Part shown: piece by piece, positions 1-9,853 of the stretch
How positions within the stretch are numbered: position 1 is the first letter of the stretch
Layout: each line of letters opens with the position of its first letter
Source of the DNA: an uncultured Thiotrichaceae bacterium
Lineage (GTDB): Bacteria > Pseudomonadota > Gammaproteobacteria > SZUA-229
Direction of reading: 5' to 3'
Length of the DNA stretch: 64,000 bases
NCBI GenBank assembly: GCA_964441285.1
Contig: CAYTUK010000001.1
Location: forward strand, 225,662-289,661
The notes under the pieces: generated by a model
What the model saw: only the letters and a program-made list of their open reading frames with translations
What the model was told of the DNA's origin: nothing
The model's database searches: none
Program-made: the position numbers and the translations under genes

Positions 1-139
1 CGAGATGAAAAGAATCGTCCAGCGATACTGGATTGTGACTGGCCTTGACAGTAATATTTACCGCGAAAGTCTGACTGCTATAGACAAACAGCGTAATGCT
101 TATTAGGACTGAAAGGAGGTTTATGATTCGGTTTGTCAA
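1..139 (-). CDS. BatD-like protein, N-terminal fragment running off the window edge
   Basis: Too short for the ORF track. Manual reverse translation from TTG at 139 gives MTNRIINLLSVLISITLFVYSSQTFAVNITVKASHNPVSLDDSFHL..., a signal peptide followed by an open frame to the window edge. It starts 9 nt after the stop of the vWA/TPR gene, which is the batD position in Bat operons. Confidence 0.5.
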   Translation of the reverse strand, partial: MTNRIINLLSVLISITLFVYSSQTFAVNITVKASHNPVSLDDSFHL

Positions 140-147
140 TGTTCTTG

Positions 148-2151
148 TTACCATGGCTGAATACTATTGTGCTGGTTAGGTAGTTGGCTGTACTGATATA
201 AAAATTTTCGCCGCAGTAAGCCACCGGGGTCATCGGGTATACGCCGTAGCCATTGTTCAGTGGCTCTTTGATCTTCTGTAAGCGGGGCCTGACGTGGGTT
301 TTCTGCTTTCGTCTGTGGTGTCTGTTTTTTCTGTGGTTTCCCTTTTTGTTTAGCCTCGGCCTGTTTTAATGCTGCATCTTGCTGTTGCTGTTTCTTCTGT
401 TGTGCTGTCTGTTGTTTAGATGCTTGTTGGGATTTTTTAGCTGATTGTTTGTGTTTCTTTCCTTGTTGTTGCCCAGTTTTTGATGACTGCTGTTTCTGTT
501 GACTATTTTGTTTTTTCTGCTGATGCGGAGGGGCTTTCTGCCCCTGTTTAGTGGGGTTTTGTTGTTGATTTTTATTATTTTTATTTTGTTTGCTCTGTTT
601 GTTTTGTTTGTTTTGTTTGCTCTGTTTGTTTTGTTTGTTTTGTTTCTTACCGGATTTATTTTTTTTGTTTTTCCGCTGTTGTTTTTTAAGGGCTTTTTTT
701 ACCAGTTTTCGGTTATACACCGCATCTTTATTGGCTTTGTTTAATTTAATTGCTTCATTATAGGCGTGGATAGAGGCTTTATATTTGCCGGTTTTTGCCA
801 GTGCATTCCCCGCATTATAATAGTCATTACTGCTCGCAGTTGGTGTTTTATCATTCGCCTGTTTTGAGCGTATTAATGTCTGGTCAAACAGTTTTGTTGC
901 CTGTGCGTAGTTGCCGTTGCGATAAAGTGCGCTGGCTTTCCATTGTCTGTTGCTGAATATTTTTGCGGCTTTATTCGTATTACCGGTATTAAAGGCTCGC
1001 ATGGCCCTCTGGTTGGGTGTTAGCCAGAGATTTTTCAGAGAAAAAGAGGAGGCGAAGTGTGTGATGGTGGTTGCCGGTACCTGCGTTGTCTTTTCAGCCG
1101 CAAATCCAGATTGAGGAAAAGGTAAAATAAAAATAATGAATAAAGCGAGCCAGCCTTTTCGTGCCCAGAGTGCAGCAAAAAATAACAGCGGTAAAATTAG
1201 CCAGATACCTTCATCCTGCCAACTGTCTGCATGGATATTGGTGACTAATCTCTCATTGTTGATAGCATTATTGGCGTGCTGAGCAAAGAGTGCTGTCAGT
1301 TTCAGGGTATCACTGTTGTCGGCGGCAATGGATGTATACACACCACCGCCTGCAAGTGCCATTATGCGTAGCCGAGCTGGATTAAGTTTTGGGATGACAA
1401 TGGCGCCATTGGCATCTTGTAGAAAACCATTAGCAAGGGGTATTGGGCTGCCTGCTTCTGTCCCGATACCAAAGATGGAGACACGGTAGCCCTGGGCGCT
1501 AATTTTTTTTATCGCGCTCAAGTCTCGCTTATGGATGCCATCAGTAATGACGAGTACATCACCCTGTGTTACGCCAGCCTGGACAAATAAATTATGTGCT
1601 TTTGCCAATGCATCAGAAAGGTTACTTCCCTGTGCAGGCATCATCGAGGTCACCAGCACGGGCACCAGATTAGCGATGTTGCCATTATCATCGGTGAGCG
1701 GAGTGACGGTAAAGGCATTCGCTGCGTAAACAATCAGTGCTGTCTGTCCACCATGACGTTGTTTGAGTATATCGAGTAATTCGAGCTTTGCGCGTTCGAT
1801 GCGTGAAGGTTTAATGTCAGTGGCATTCATCGACTGTGATAAGTCCAGCAAAATAACCAGTGCGGACTGCTGTCTAAAAACCTGTTGTGGTAATTTCTTA
1901 TAAACGGGGCCAGCGAGTGCAGTAATGCATAGACTGGTTGCGATAAAGGTTAACCAGACGGGTAAAAAACTGCGCTTTCCCTGTTTGTCTGTGAGCATAA
2001 AAGGGAGCAGTTTAGCATCACAGACTTTTTGCCAGTTTATGTTTTGTCCGTGTTTTTTAATCATCCATATCAGATACAGCAGCAGTGGGATAAAGGCATA
2101 AAACCATTGCGGCCGCAAAAAATGTAGATGATGGATGATCTCGTTTATCAT
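148..2151 (-). CDS. vWA-domain plus TPR protein (BatB/BatC-like fusion) with a long Lys/Gln-rich low-complexity region
   Basis: 667-aa ORF. N-terminal TM helices, a vWA MIDAS motif (LLDLSQSM), TPR-like region (YYNAGNALAKTGKYKASIHAYNEAIKL), about 150 aa of K/Q-rich sequence, then WLRRIPDDPGGLLRRKF. Its start overlaps the stop of the upstream batA-like gene. Confidence 0.85.
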   Translation of the reverse strand: MINEIIHHLHFLRPQWFYAFIPLLLYLIWMIKKHGQNINWQKVCDAKLLPFMLTDKQGKRSFLPVWLTFIATSLCITALAGPVYKKLPQQVFRQQSALVILLDLSQSMNATDIKPSRIERAKLELLDILKQRHGGQTALIVYAANAFTVTPLTDDNGNIANLVPVLVTSMMPAQGSNLSDALAKAHNLFVQAGVTQGDVLVITDGIHKRDLSAIKKISAQGYRVSIFGIGTEAGSPIPLANGFLQDANGAIVIPKLNPARLRIMALAGGGVYTSIAADNSDTLKLTALFAQHANNAINNERLVTNIHADSWQDEGIWLILPLLFFAALWARKGWLALFIIFILPFPQSGFAAEKTTQVPATTITHFASSFSLKNLWLTPNQRAMRAFNTGNTNKAAKIFSNRQWKASALYRNGNYAQATKLFDQTLIRSKQANDKTPTASSNDYYNAGNALAKTGKYKASIHAYNEAIKLNKANKDAVYNRKLVKKALKKQQRKNKKNKSGKKQNKQNKQSKQNKQNKQSKQNKNNKNQQQNPTKQGQKAPPHQQKKQNSQQKQQSSKTGQQQGKKHKQSAKKSQQASKQQTAQQKKQQQQDAALKQAEAKQKGKPQKKQTPQTKAENPRQAPLTEDQRATEQWLRRIPDDPGGLLRRKFLYQYSQLPNQHNSIQPW
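586..645. repeat. Perfect tandem 27-bp repeat (2 units plus a partial unit) inside the K/Q-rich coding region
   Basis: Units 586-612 and 613-639 are identical (ttgtttgctctgtttgttttgtttgtt). They encode QNKQNKQSK repeats on the minus strand. Confidence 0.9.
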
Positions 2152-3164
2152 GCTTTTAATCGTGTAGAAAATAAAGGTAGTTTCAATAACAAGGCAAGTA
2201 AAGCGGCTATAAACAGTGCGGCACTTAATGGCAGATAAGACAGGGCTTTTGTTGGGCGATAAGATTTTTTCTCTTTTGCTACCGGCTCAATTTTATCCAG
2301 GATTCGATAAATACTTTCTAAATCAGCAGTATTGCGTGCGCGGAAGTAGCGTCCGCCGGTTATTTTTGCAATGGCTCTTAAGGTATTTTCATCCAGCTCA
2401 CGCGAACCACGGTTGCCAATACCAATAGTGTAGATTTTTAAACCCTTTCTGGCGGCAAGTTCGGCGGCTTTTCGCGGTGTTATTTCTCCGGCATTATTGA
2501 CCCCATCGGTGACGAGTATCAGCACACGGTCATTGTAAGGGTGTTTTTTATTATGTCTGTCTTTACTGGTTGCGTTGGCATTATCTTCCTGTAAACGTTT
2601 AACCGCCAGTCCAATGGCATCGCCAATAGCTGTAGCATTACCTGCCAGTCCGGTAACCGCCTCATGTAAGAATTTATTGACTGTTGTGCGATCAAAAGTA
2701 AGTGGTGCCTGCACATAGGCCTGGTCACCAAATAGAATCAAGCCGATGCGGTCACCGACTCGGTGTTCAATAAACTGGCTGATTACCGCTTTGGTTGCGG
2801 CAAGACGACTGACAGAACGGTTCATATAACGAAACGGTAGTTCCATACTTTTTGACAGGTCGACAGCAATTAATAAATCACGGCCGCTGACAGGCAGTTC
2901 TATCGCGTCACCTATCCATTGCGGGCGTGCGGCGGCAATGACCAGAAATAGCCATGCCAGCGCGTATAACAGTAATGGCCAACGCCGATTTCTGGGTTTT
3001 ATGCTGCTGTTTGTGGTTAATTTAAAATCTTCCAGGTAGGGGACATGCAGTGCGGCTTCGTTGGTCTGTTTTGCTCGTGGCAGCAGCCATCGTAATAACC
3101 AGGGCAGAGGGAATGCTACGAAGACCCAGGGCCAGAGGAAATGCACCATATTCAGCTGCATCAT
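2148..3164 (-). CDS. vWA-domain membrane protein (BatA-like)
   Basis: 338-aa ORF with N-terminal TM helices, MIDAS motif DLSKSM, LVTDGVNN, and a C-terminal TM helix. Start and stop overlap the neighbouring genes by 4 bp. Confidence 0.85.
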   Translation of the reverse strand: MMQLNMVHFLWPWVFVAFPLPWLLRWLLPRAKQTNEAALHVPYLEDFKLTTNSSIKPRNRRWPLLLYALAWLFLVIAAARPQWIGDAIELPVSGRDLLIAVDLSKSMELPFRYMNRSVSRLAATKAVISQFIEHRVGDRIGLILFGDQAYVQAPLTFDRTTVNKFLHEAVTGLAGNATAIGDAIGLAVKRLQEDNANATSKDRHNKKHPYNDRVLILVTDGVNNAGEITPRKAAELAARKGLKIYTIGIGNRGSRELDENTLRAIAKITGGRYFRARNTADLESIYRILDKIEPVAKEKKSYRPTKALSYLPLSAALFIAALLALLLKLPLFSTRLKA

Positions 3165-3778
3165 GCCTGCCGCTCCGATATGAGAGGCTTAAGTTTTTGT
3201 TTGCCACTATCCCTGCTTTGTCTATGGCGGCTGCTTTTTAACGGTTGCGCTGTTAGCCACTGCTCACAGAGTATTAGTAGCGTATCGGCATCGTACTCGA
3301 TGGTATTATTTTTAGCTGTGTCAGGTTCTGGCATATAAGGTGCGGTTAATAAAATCTCACCAAGCGGGCCATTAAATCCCGGTTGTTTTGCTGCCAGAGA
3401 AGTATCGTCAAGATAATTTAACCAGTTTTTTCCAGTGAGGCCTGCAGTGTTCTGGCGAGGGTAAAAACTGATGCTGGCGCGGCGTAATAAAGTGGATAAT
3501 TGTTGTGCCAGGCGGATTTTATTGTGCGTCTGAAGAAACTGTTTCTTAATGGTGTGAAACGTTTCGTTGGTGACACGTTTCAGGCGGCGCGCGTGGCGGA
3601 TTTTTTTTACCATAAAATAAATGGCTACAAGGCAAACGAGAGTCGCTAATACTAACCACCATCCCAGTGCGGGCGGCCACCATGATATAGCCGTAGGCAG
3701 ATGAATATCACGCAGTGGCAGATTGTGACTATTTACCATTGTTGGTAGTGCGGGGCTGGTTAAGATGGGATTAGGCAT
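3161..3778 (-). CDS. DUF4381-like membrane protein of the MoxR/Bat operon
   Basis: 205-aa ORF with LRDIHLPTAISWWPPALGWW followed by a TM helix, located between the DUF58 and BatA genes. Confidence 0.7.
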   Translation of the reverse strand: MPNPILTSPALPTMVNSHNLPLRDIHLPTAISWWPPALGWWLVLATLVCLVAIYFMVKKIRHARRLKRVTNETFHTIKKQFLQTHNKIRLAQQLSTLLRRASISFYPRQNTAGLTGKNWLNYLDDTSLAAKQPGFNGPLGEILLTAPYMPEPDTAKNNTIEYDADTLLILCEQWLTAQPLKSSRHRQSRDSGKQKLKPLISERQA

Positions 3779-3781
3779 GGT

Positions 3782-4741
3782 TTAACCTTTTACTGTGCGC
3801 AGCGGTTTGTTTTTAGCTGCACGTATGCCCAGACCATTCTGTAACTGTTCTAGCGTATCACCTTCGGTTGAGATTGAGAGCAAAAAAATGCGGTGTTGCA
3901 GGCTGAAGCGTTGCAGTGTTTGCAGGCGTTGTTCGAAGCGCTCATGGTAACTCTGGCGGGTTGCTTTACTGGATGCATTGATAAGCTGAATTGATTGACC
4001 ATTGGTTACTCGATAATGGCCAGATAAGGGGAGGTGCGTTTCAATGGGATCATAAATCTGGATCAGCATAACATCGTTATGGCGCGATAGATTGGCCAGA
4101 TGCGAATAGGCGGATTCATCCATTTCACGAAAGTCGCTTAACATAAAGATGAGACTGCCGGGGCGGACAACTTTACGCAGACGCGAGATTGAAGTTGCCA
4201 TATTACGCGCAGCGTGTGTGGACGAGAAGGTTTGTTGCCAGGCACTATGTTTGCAACTTCTACCGATAAAATCCAGCACGGCGGTTTTACCACGCCGTGG
4301 TCGAAGCTCAATATGTTGGTCAGCCGAGAAAATAAGTCCACCAAGCCGATCATTGTTTTCCGTAGCGCTCCATGCAAGTAAAGTGGCAACTGTGCTGGCA
4401 ACAACCGCTTTAAAACTGCCGCGGGTGGCAAAAAACATTGATGGATTTAAGTCCAGACATAAGAGTACTGGACGCTCACGTTCTTCACGAAAGATTTTGG
4501 TATGTGCCGTGCCGGTACGTGCAGTCACGCGCCAGTCCATGTTGCGAATATCGTCACCGGGAAGATAAAGACGTGACTCATCAAATTCCATGCCGCGACC
4601 CTTAAAAGAAGATAAATAAGCGCCGCCCTGTTGTGCATGGATTTTGCCACTATTAAGCGATAGTGTACCGGCTTGATCGCGCAATCGGATTAATGATTGT
4701 GGGCTTATCCAGGTAATATTTTCAGCGGATGGCTCTAACAT
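3782..4741 (-). CDS. DUF58 protein (vWA-like partner of MoxR)
   Basis: 319-aa ORF with GRGMEFDESRLYLPGDDIRNMDWRVTAR, typical of DUF58, immediately downstream of the MoxR ATPase gene. Confidence 0.85.
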   Translation of the reverse strand: MLEPSAENITWISPQSLIRLRDQAGTLSLNSGKIHAQQGGAYLSSFKGRGMEFDESRLYLPGDDIRNMDWRVTARTGTAHTKIFREERERPVLLCLDLNPSMFFATRGSFKAVVASTVATLLAWSATENNDRLGGLIFSADQHIELRPRRGKTAVLDFIGRSCKHSAWQQTFSSTHAARNMATSISRLRKVVRPGSLIFMLSDFREMDESAYSHLANLSRHNDVMLIQIYDPIETHLPLSGHYRVTNGQSIQLINASSKATRQSYHERFEQRLQTLQRFSLQHRIFLLSISTEGDTLEQLQNGLGIRAAKNKPLRTVKG

Positions 4742-4818
4742 TTGATCAATCTAAAATCTAATATTTTAATGGGTCTAATTCTAATCGGGGTAACTTTATA
4801 GGAAATGTGTTAATTAAT

Positions 4819-5793
4819 TTAAGGTACGGCAATACGTGAAATCAGCTTCTGAATAAAATGATCAGGCGTGATACCATCGGCTTCTGCCTCATAGGTTAAA
4901 ATGACGCGATGGCGTAGCACATCAAAAGCAATCGCCTGAATATCACCTGGGTCAACAAAATCCCGGCCAGCGAGCCAGGCATGAGCGCGGGCGCAGCGGT
5001 CGATTGCAATGGTCGCGCGTGGGCTGGCTCCATACAGTGACCAGTTGGCAAGATCATCACCATAAGCAGCCGGTTTGCGTGTTGCCAGTACCAGTTGTAA
5101 TAAATATTCCTGTAAATTATCGGCCATGTGCAGATTCAGCACTTCGTCACGGGCATCAAATATATCTTGCTGGCTGATCTTTTTAAGATTATCCAGATTG
5201 CCAATATCAGTAATACCTTCAATCGCTTCCTGCCTGACCAGTTCAAGAATTTTTCGTTCCGCATCAGCCTCTGGATAATCAATGGTAACGTGCATGAGAA
5301 AGCGGTCAAGTTGTGCCTCAGGCAGAGGGTAAGTGCCTTCCTGTTCAATTGGATTCTGCGTTGCCATGACCATAAAAAGCGGGGGTAATGGGTAGGTGGT
5401 TTTGCCAACCGTAATCTGGCGTTCTGCCATTGCCTCCAGAAGCGCCGACTGAACTTTTGCTGGCGCTCGATTAATTTCATCAGCCAGAACCAGATTATGA
5501 AATAACGGCCCTTGCTGGAAGCTGAAAGAGCCATCCTGGGGTCGATAAACCTCGGTGCCGGTGAGATCGGCGGGTAACAGGTCGGGGGTAAATTGAATAC
5601 GGTGGAAATTGCTTTCAATGCCATCACTAAGAACCTTAATGGCTTTGGTTTTCGCCAGTCCAGGCGCTCCTTCTACCAGTAAATGTCCATCTGCCAGCAT
5701 GGCAATAAGTAGACGGTCAACGAGTGCTTCCTGGCCAATAATGTGATTTTGTACGTGTTGTTTAAGACTAAGTATCGATTCTAGGCTAGACAT
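4819..5793 (-). CDS. MoxR-family AAA+ ATPase
   Basis: 324-aa ORF with Walker A GAPGLAKT, Walker B LADEINRAP, and VMATQNPIEQEGTYPLPEAQLDRF. Confidence 0.93.
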   Translation of the reverse strand: MSSLESILSLKQHVQNHIIGQEALVDRLLIAMLADGHLLVEGAPGLAKTKAIKVLSDGIESNFHRIQFTPDLLPADLTGTEVYRPQDGSFSFQQGPLFHNLVLADEINRAPAKVQSALLEAMAERQITVGKTTYPLPPLFMVMATQNPIEQEGTYPLPEAQLDRFLMHVTIDYPEADAERKILELVRQEAIEGITDIGNLDNLKKISQQDIFDARDEVLNLHMADNLQEYLLQLVLATRKPAAYGDDLANWSLYGASPRATIAIDRCARAHAWLAGRDFVDPGDIQAIAFDVLRHRVILTYEAEADGITPDHFIQKLISRIAVP

Positions 5794-5960
5794 GTTGTGC
5801 TTCTATTCAAAGTTAATATATTTGTGTTGGGTATCTCTGTTTTTGTATGTAACTAACAGATAGTTTATGTGCCTGAAAGTTCATTAAACATTTCATCCCA
5901 AAGGGAGGGTGTTTTATTGTGCTTTCGTAATGTACAATGCTGACAATTCTTTAAATTTCA

Positions 5961-6202
5961 ACCTCAGGTACCCGCCTTTAAATTTTTTTAAAGCGGGATA
6001 ATCGGGAAGTTGGTAAACCGGCAGAGTGTTGTCGGTAATTCCAGCACTGCCCCCGCAACGGTGATTGGTGAGATTTATCAGGAATAGCTGATTGATGAAT
6101 ATTAGCGACGCCACCCACTGCGAGAGTTTTTTTCGCGGGAAGGGGATAAATCAAGTAACAGCATATTGATACACACCATAAGTCCGGAGACCGGCCTGAG
6201 GC
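5961..6202 (+). promoter_or_regulatory. Cobalamin (B12) riboswitch
   Basis: Conserved core GGGAAGTTGGTAAACCGG...GGTAATTCCAGCACTGCCCCCGCAACGGTGA, then GCCACCCACTG...GGGAAGG, then a B12 box AGTCCGGAGACCGGCC at 6181-6196. The closing helix pairs CCTCAGG (5962-5968) with CCTGAGG (6195-6201). It lies 126 nt upstream of a TonB-dependent receptor gene. Confidence 0.85.
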
Positions 6203-6327
6203 TGTTTACAGTAGTCGCGGCGGGCGGCTGACCTGGTTTTGTGGTGCCTGTTCTTCCGTGTGCATCCTTCTGGTCAAGCCTCCTTTCTGCTTTTTTAAAT
6301 TAGAGTTAGAGTATCCAGGCAAATTTT

Positions 6328-8373
6328 TTGATTCACCCTGAACATAAAAGAGCGCGTTATTTTTTTTCGGTTTTTCTGTTACTGCTACAGGTGGCACCTG
6401 CGCGTGCGCAGGGATCACAAAATAATAAAAAATTAAAGGTATTAATTGATAAGGGACGAATCGACCGTGCTGTTGGTGCGGTGAATAAAAGGACTACCTC
6501 ATCAGCAAACTCAACCATTAAAGCCCAACGTTTTCGTCACGGTCTGCTTAACCTGCCAGAAATTCTTGAGCAGGAAGTGGGGGTGCAGGTTCGTTCAAGT
6601 GGCGGTGCAGGCAGTTTGTCAACTGTGGTGTTGCGCGGTGCCAGTGCACAGCAAGTAATGATTTATCTCGATGGCGTGCCATTAAACGATGCCTCTGGCA
6701 GTCCGGTGGATTTGAGCCTTATTCCGGTCAGTTCGATTGAACGCATTGATATTTATCGTGGTTCTACCCCGCTTGAACTGGGTAATCCATCCATTGGCGG
6801 GGCGATTAACATCATAACGCGGCAATCCTCGGTTTCACCGTCATCGATGGTGCAGGCAAACTCAAATGTTAATATCAGTACTGGCAGTTTCCATACCTAT
6901 AAGATTGGTGCTTCCTCAAAGTTGAGAACAAGGCAAGATGACTACCTTTTTAGTACCAGTTATCTACAGAGTAAAAATGACTTCAGGTTTGTGAATAACA
7001 ACGGAACACCGTTAAATCCGAATGATGATCGGGTTGAAAAACGCAAGAATGATGGTGTTAAACAGCGGGCATTACTGGCAAACTGGAAACATAAGGTCAA
7101 CCAGAAATACGACACTGAGGTACGCATGGATTTGTCTGACCGACATAAGGCGCTGCCCAGTGTAACCAATAATGCCGATGTGCAGACCTATCTGGATACA
7201 TTGCAATACCATTTACTGGGGCAGTTGAATGCACGTTCCGTCTGGCTTAAAAACCTGAGTTTTAATGCCAAACTGTTTGCCTCCAGAAAAAATGAAATTT
7301 TTGATGATTCATTAGCACAACTGGGTTTTATTAATCAGCGTACCGTGAGTGTAACCAGAAAAGCAGGAACGCAAATCTATGCACAGTTAAATCAGCAATA
7401 CTCAAGCTGGAAACTACTCAATAGTCTAAGCCTGGAGACCTATGACCATAGTAGTACACAGGCGCTGGTGAGCAGTGATACCAACAGTCGAAAACGACTG
7501 GCACTGTCAGTAGAAAATAACCGTTATTTTGATAACAATCAGCTGATTGTTAATCTGGTTTTACGTTATCAGCTTATTGTTGATGCGGTTGCCGCAACTA
7601 CTGATGCATTTGCTAATGTCACACCAGGGTTTAATATCAATCGGCAGTTGGTTAATCCGCAGCTGGGGGTTAAATACCGTTTTACTCAACACACCTATCT
7701 GACCGCAAATATTGGACAGTACAGTCGCGTGCCATCCTTTCTTGAACTGTTCGGTGGTGATGGTCTGTTGCTGGGTAATGTAAACTTAAAGCAGGAAACG
7801 GCATTAAATACCGATATGGGTTTTACCTATACCTGGTATAAACCCTATCACTGGTTACATCATGCGCGGTTTTATAGCGGGGTGTTTTATAACCGTATAC
7901 AAAATTTAATTGTACGTATTTATAATGGTCAGGGCCTGGGCAAGTCGGAGAATATTGCTGACGCACAGGTACGTGGTTTTGAAACCACATTAAAACTTAT
8001 GCCGGCTAAACACCATACGCTGCACATTAATTTAACCTTACTTGATAGCATCAATTATTCTGATATTACCAGTTTTCAGGGAAAAAGCCTGCCAGGTTAT
8101 TACCAGCAGAGTCTGGGCTTGCGTTATGCTTATCAGATAAATCACTGGCTATACCGTTTTGAAGTCGACATTAAACGTAATCTATTTTATGACCGCAGTA
8201 ATTTGCTGAAGGGCGATAATGTGAACCTGATTAATCTTGGCTTACGTTATTCTTTACAGAAATCCAGTATTGATTTTAAGGTGAATAATTTATTGAATGA
8301 GAATATTCGATATTTTCGTAATCGCCCGACGCCGGGGTTAAATATGTCACTTACCTACAACCATTTATTTTAG
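6328..8373 (+). CDS. TonB-dependent outer-membrane receptor, probably for corrinoid uptake (BtuB-like by context)
   Basis: 681-aa ORF with a TTG start, signal peptide, plug domain (VVLRGASAQQVMIYLDGVPLND, IERIDIYRGSTPLELG) and a beta-barrel ending in a terminal F. It is preceded by the B12 riboswitch. Confidence 0.88.
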   Translation: MIHPEHKRARYFFSVFLLLLQVAPARAQGSQNNKKLKVLIDKGRIDRAVGAVNKRTTSSANSTIKAQRFRHGLLNLPEILEQEVGVQVRSSGGAGSLSTVVLRGASAQQVMIYLDGVPLNDASGSPVDLSLIPVSSIERIDIYRGSTPLELGNPSIGGAINIITRQSSVSPSSMVQANSNVNISTGSFHTYKIGASSKLRTRQDDYLFSTSYLQSKNDFRFVNNNGTPLNPNDDRVEKRKNDGVKQRALLANWKHKVNQKYDTEVRMDLSDRHKALPSVTNNADVQTYLDTLQYHLLGQLNARSVWLKNLSFNAKLFASRKNEIFDDSLAQLGFINQRTVSVTRKAGTQIYAQLNQQYSSWKLLNSLSLETYDHSSTQALVSSDTNSRKRLALSVENNRYFDNNQLIVNLVLRYQLIVDAVAATTDAFANVTPGFNINRQLVNPQLGVKYRFTQHTYLTANIGQYSRVPSFLELFGGDGLLLGNVNLKQETALNTDMGFTYTWYKPYHWLHHARFYSGVFYNRIQNLIVRIYNGQGLGKSENIADAQVRGFETTLKLMPAKHHTLHINLTLLDSINYSDITSFQGKSLPGYYQQSLGLRYAYQINHWLYRFEVDIKRNLFYDRSNLLKGDNVNLINLGLRYSLQKSSIDFKVNNLLNENIRYFRNRPTPGLNMSLTYNHLF

Positions 8374-8545
8374 AAAACTGCGGCTTTAAGCCATGAATCG
8401 ACACTTTGCAATTAAAACATCCTGCTCCCGCGTTATGAAATTTCATAATAACGCTACTATCACCTGCGCTTCATGCGTTGAAGCAGAACATTTTAATCAC
8501 AAGCTGTTCAATCCAGACTTAAGCGGCAGATTTTTAGCTTATACA

Positions 8546-9775
8546 ATGAAAAGAATCATTGCATTATTGCTACTATTTTTAGTTGTGGCCTGTTCAAAAA
8601 CGACAACAAATGCGCCAGTGAATACTTCGGGTAGTACTGCAACCGGCATCAATTCAGATCCACTGTGTTTGTCAACAGGCATCCGTAATCAGCCTGTTAC
8701 ACCCGTTACTGCTGTGATTGCCACGACCGCTGCGGATTACAGCAGCGGGGCGCTGGCTATTGTTTCTGGTAATAGTCAGGGTCAGTTTTCATCCTTAAAT
8801 GCGTTAGACCCCACCGACAGTGATATAAGTATTGCGGCCTATGGTCAATATTTTTATCGTATTGGCCGTGCCTTTGCGGGTAATAACATTACCAAATTTT
8901 CTATCAATAAACCACAAACACCAATCTGGCAATATTCTGTTAATGCGACTACAGGCAGTGCTGTATTAAGCAATCCGCACGATATGGTTTTTGCCAGTGC
9001 AACCAAAGCCTATGTGCTACGTTATGGGACCACTAAAGCCTGGATAGTGAATCCATCAACAACGACAAAAACAGGCTTTAAAACGGGTGAACTTAATTTG
9101 TCTGCTTATGGCGGTATCGATGGTATTCCTGATATGGATAGTGCAGTGATTGCTGATGGTAAATTATTTATTACCCTGCAACGTCTGGAAGGTCCTATGT
9201 TGCAGCCGGATAATGTTTCTTATCTTGCAGTATTTGATATTAAGACAGATAAGGAAATCAATGTAGGAATTCCTGGTGACACATTGAAAGGCATTCCATT
9301 AAAGGTACGTAATCCGACAAAAATTCTGTATGACGCGACTACGGATGAAATTTATGTTCAGGGTTCTGGTAGTACCTTACCACCACTTAAATATGTGGGT
9401 GGCATTGAAGCGATTAATGCTAGTACGTATACCTCAAAACTGATTCTTGATGATGGCGATAAAAATAATCACCCCTATGGATTAATCTATCAAATGACAT
9501 TGGCTTCACCAAATATCCTTTATTTTGTTGGTTATGATGGCTGGCAGAATAATACTTTATATGTCATGAATATAAAGACTTCAAAGATTTTAAAAACCAG
9601 GGTAGCGCAACTTATTGGTGGTGATATCGGTGATATAACCACGGATAATCAGGGACGGGTCTGGGTTGGAGATAATGCTAATGCGGCAATACGCATTATT
9701 GACTCAGGCAGTTGTGATCAGGTGGCGGTGGTTTCGACTCGACTGAATCCGGAGAAAATCGTTTTTACACAATAG
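8546..9775 (+). CDS. Lipoprotein with a probable beta-propeller fold (YncE/BtuG-like position)
   Basis: The ORF-track start at 8393 is probably too far upstream. The ATG at 8546 gives MKRIIALLLLFLVVAC with a lipobox. The rest is repetitive and rich in beta-strand-like sequence. Confidence 0.65.
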   Translation: MKRIIALLLLFLVVACSKTTTNAPVNTSGSTATGINSDPLCLSTGIRNQPVTPVTAVIATTAADYSSGALAIVSGNSQGQFSSLNALDPTDSDISIAAYGQYFYRIGRAFAGNNITKFSINKPQTPIWQYSVNATTGSAVLSNPHDMVFASATKAYVLRYGTTKAWIVNPSTTTKTGFKTGELNLSAYGGIDGIPDMDSAVIADGKLFITLQRLEGPMLQPDNVSYLAVFDIKTDKEINVGIPGDTLKGIPLKVRNPTKILYDATTDEIYVQGSGSTLPPLKYVGGIEAINASTYTSKLILDDGDKNNHPYGLIYQMTLASPNILYFVGYDGWQNNTLYVMNIKTSKILKTRVAQLIGGDIGDITTDNQGRVWVGDNANAAIRIIDSGSCDQVAVVSTRLNPEKIVFTQ

Positions 9776-9853
9776 TAGAACGAGAGGCACAGCAGGCGCC
9801 TTAGCAGTTGCCTGCTGAAAAAAATTTAACTTTTTTAAAACGGAAACACAATC

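Noticed and set aside
499-744. 81-aa plus-strand ORF rich in Phe/Leu
   Set aside because: It is antisense to the K/Q-rich low-complexity part of the BatB/TPR gene. The open frame is a compositional artefact (AAA/CAA codons read backwards).
4138-5627. Long antisense or alternate-frame ORFs inside the DUF58 and MoxR genes (for example 4149-4568 + and 5136-5627 -). Similar nested ORFs occur in most large genes of the window.
   Set aside because: They lie entirely within genes that have strong family motifs, and they lack motifs of their own. Treated as non-coding shadows.
5914-6418. Two minus-strand ORFs (5914-6114 and 6206-6418) in the MoxR/receptor intergenic region
   Set aside because: 5914-6114 overlaps the cobalamin riboswitch and 6206-6418 overlaps its expression platform and the start of the receptor gene. 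Neither has an RBS or a recognisable protein feature.
8393-8545. 51-codon N-terminal extension of the propeller lipoprotein ORF
   Set aside because: The internal Met at 8546 gives a canonical lipoprotein signal peptide with a lipobox. The extension has no signal-like character.
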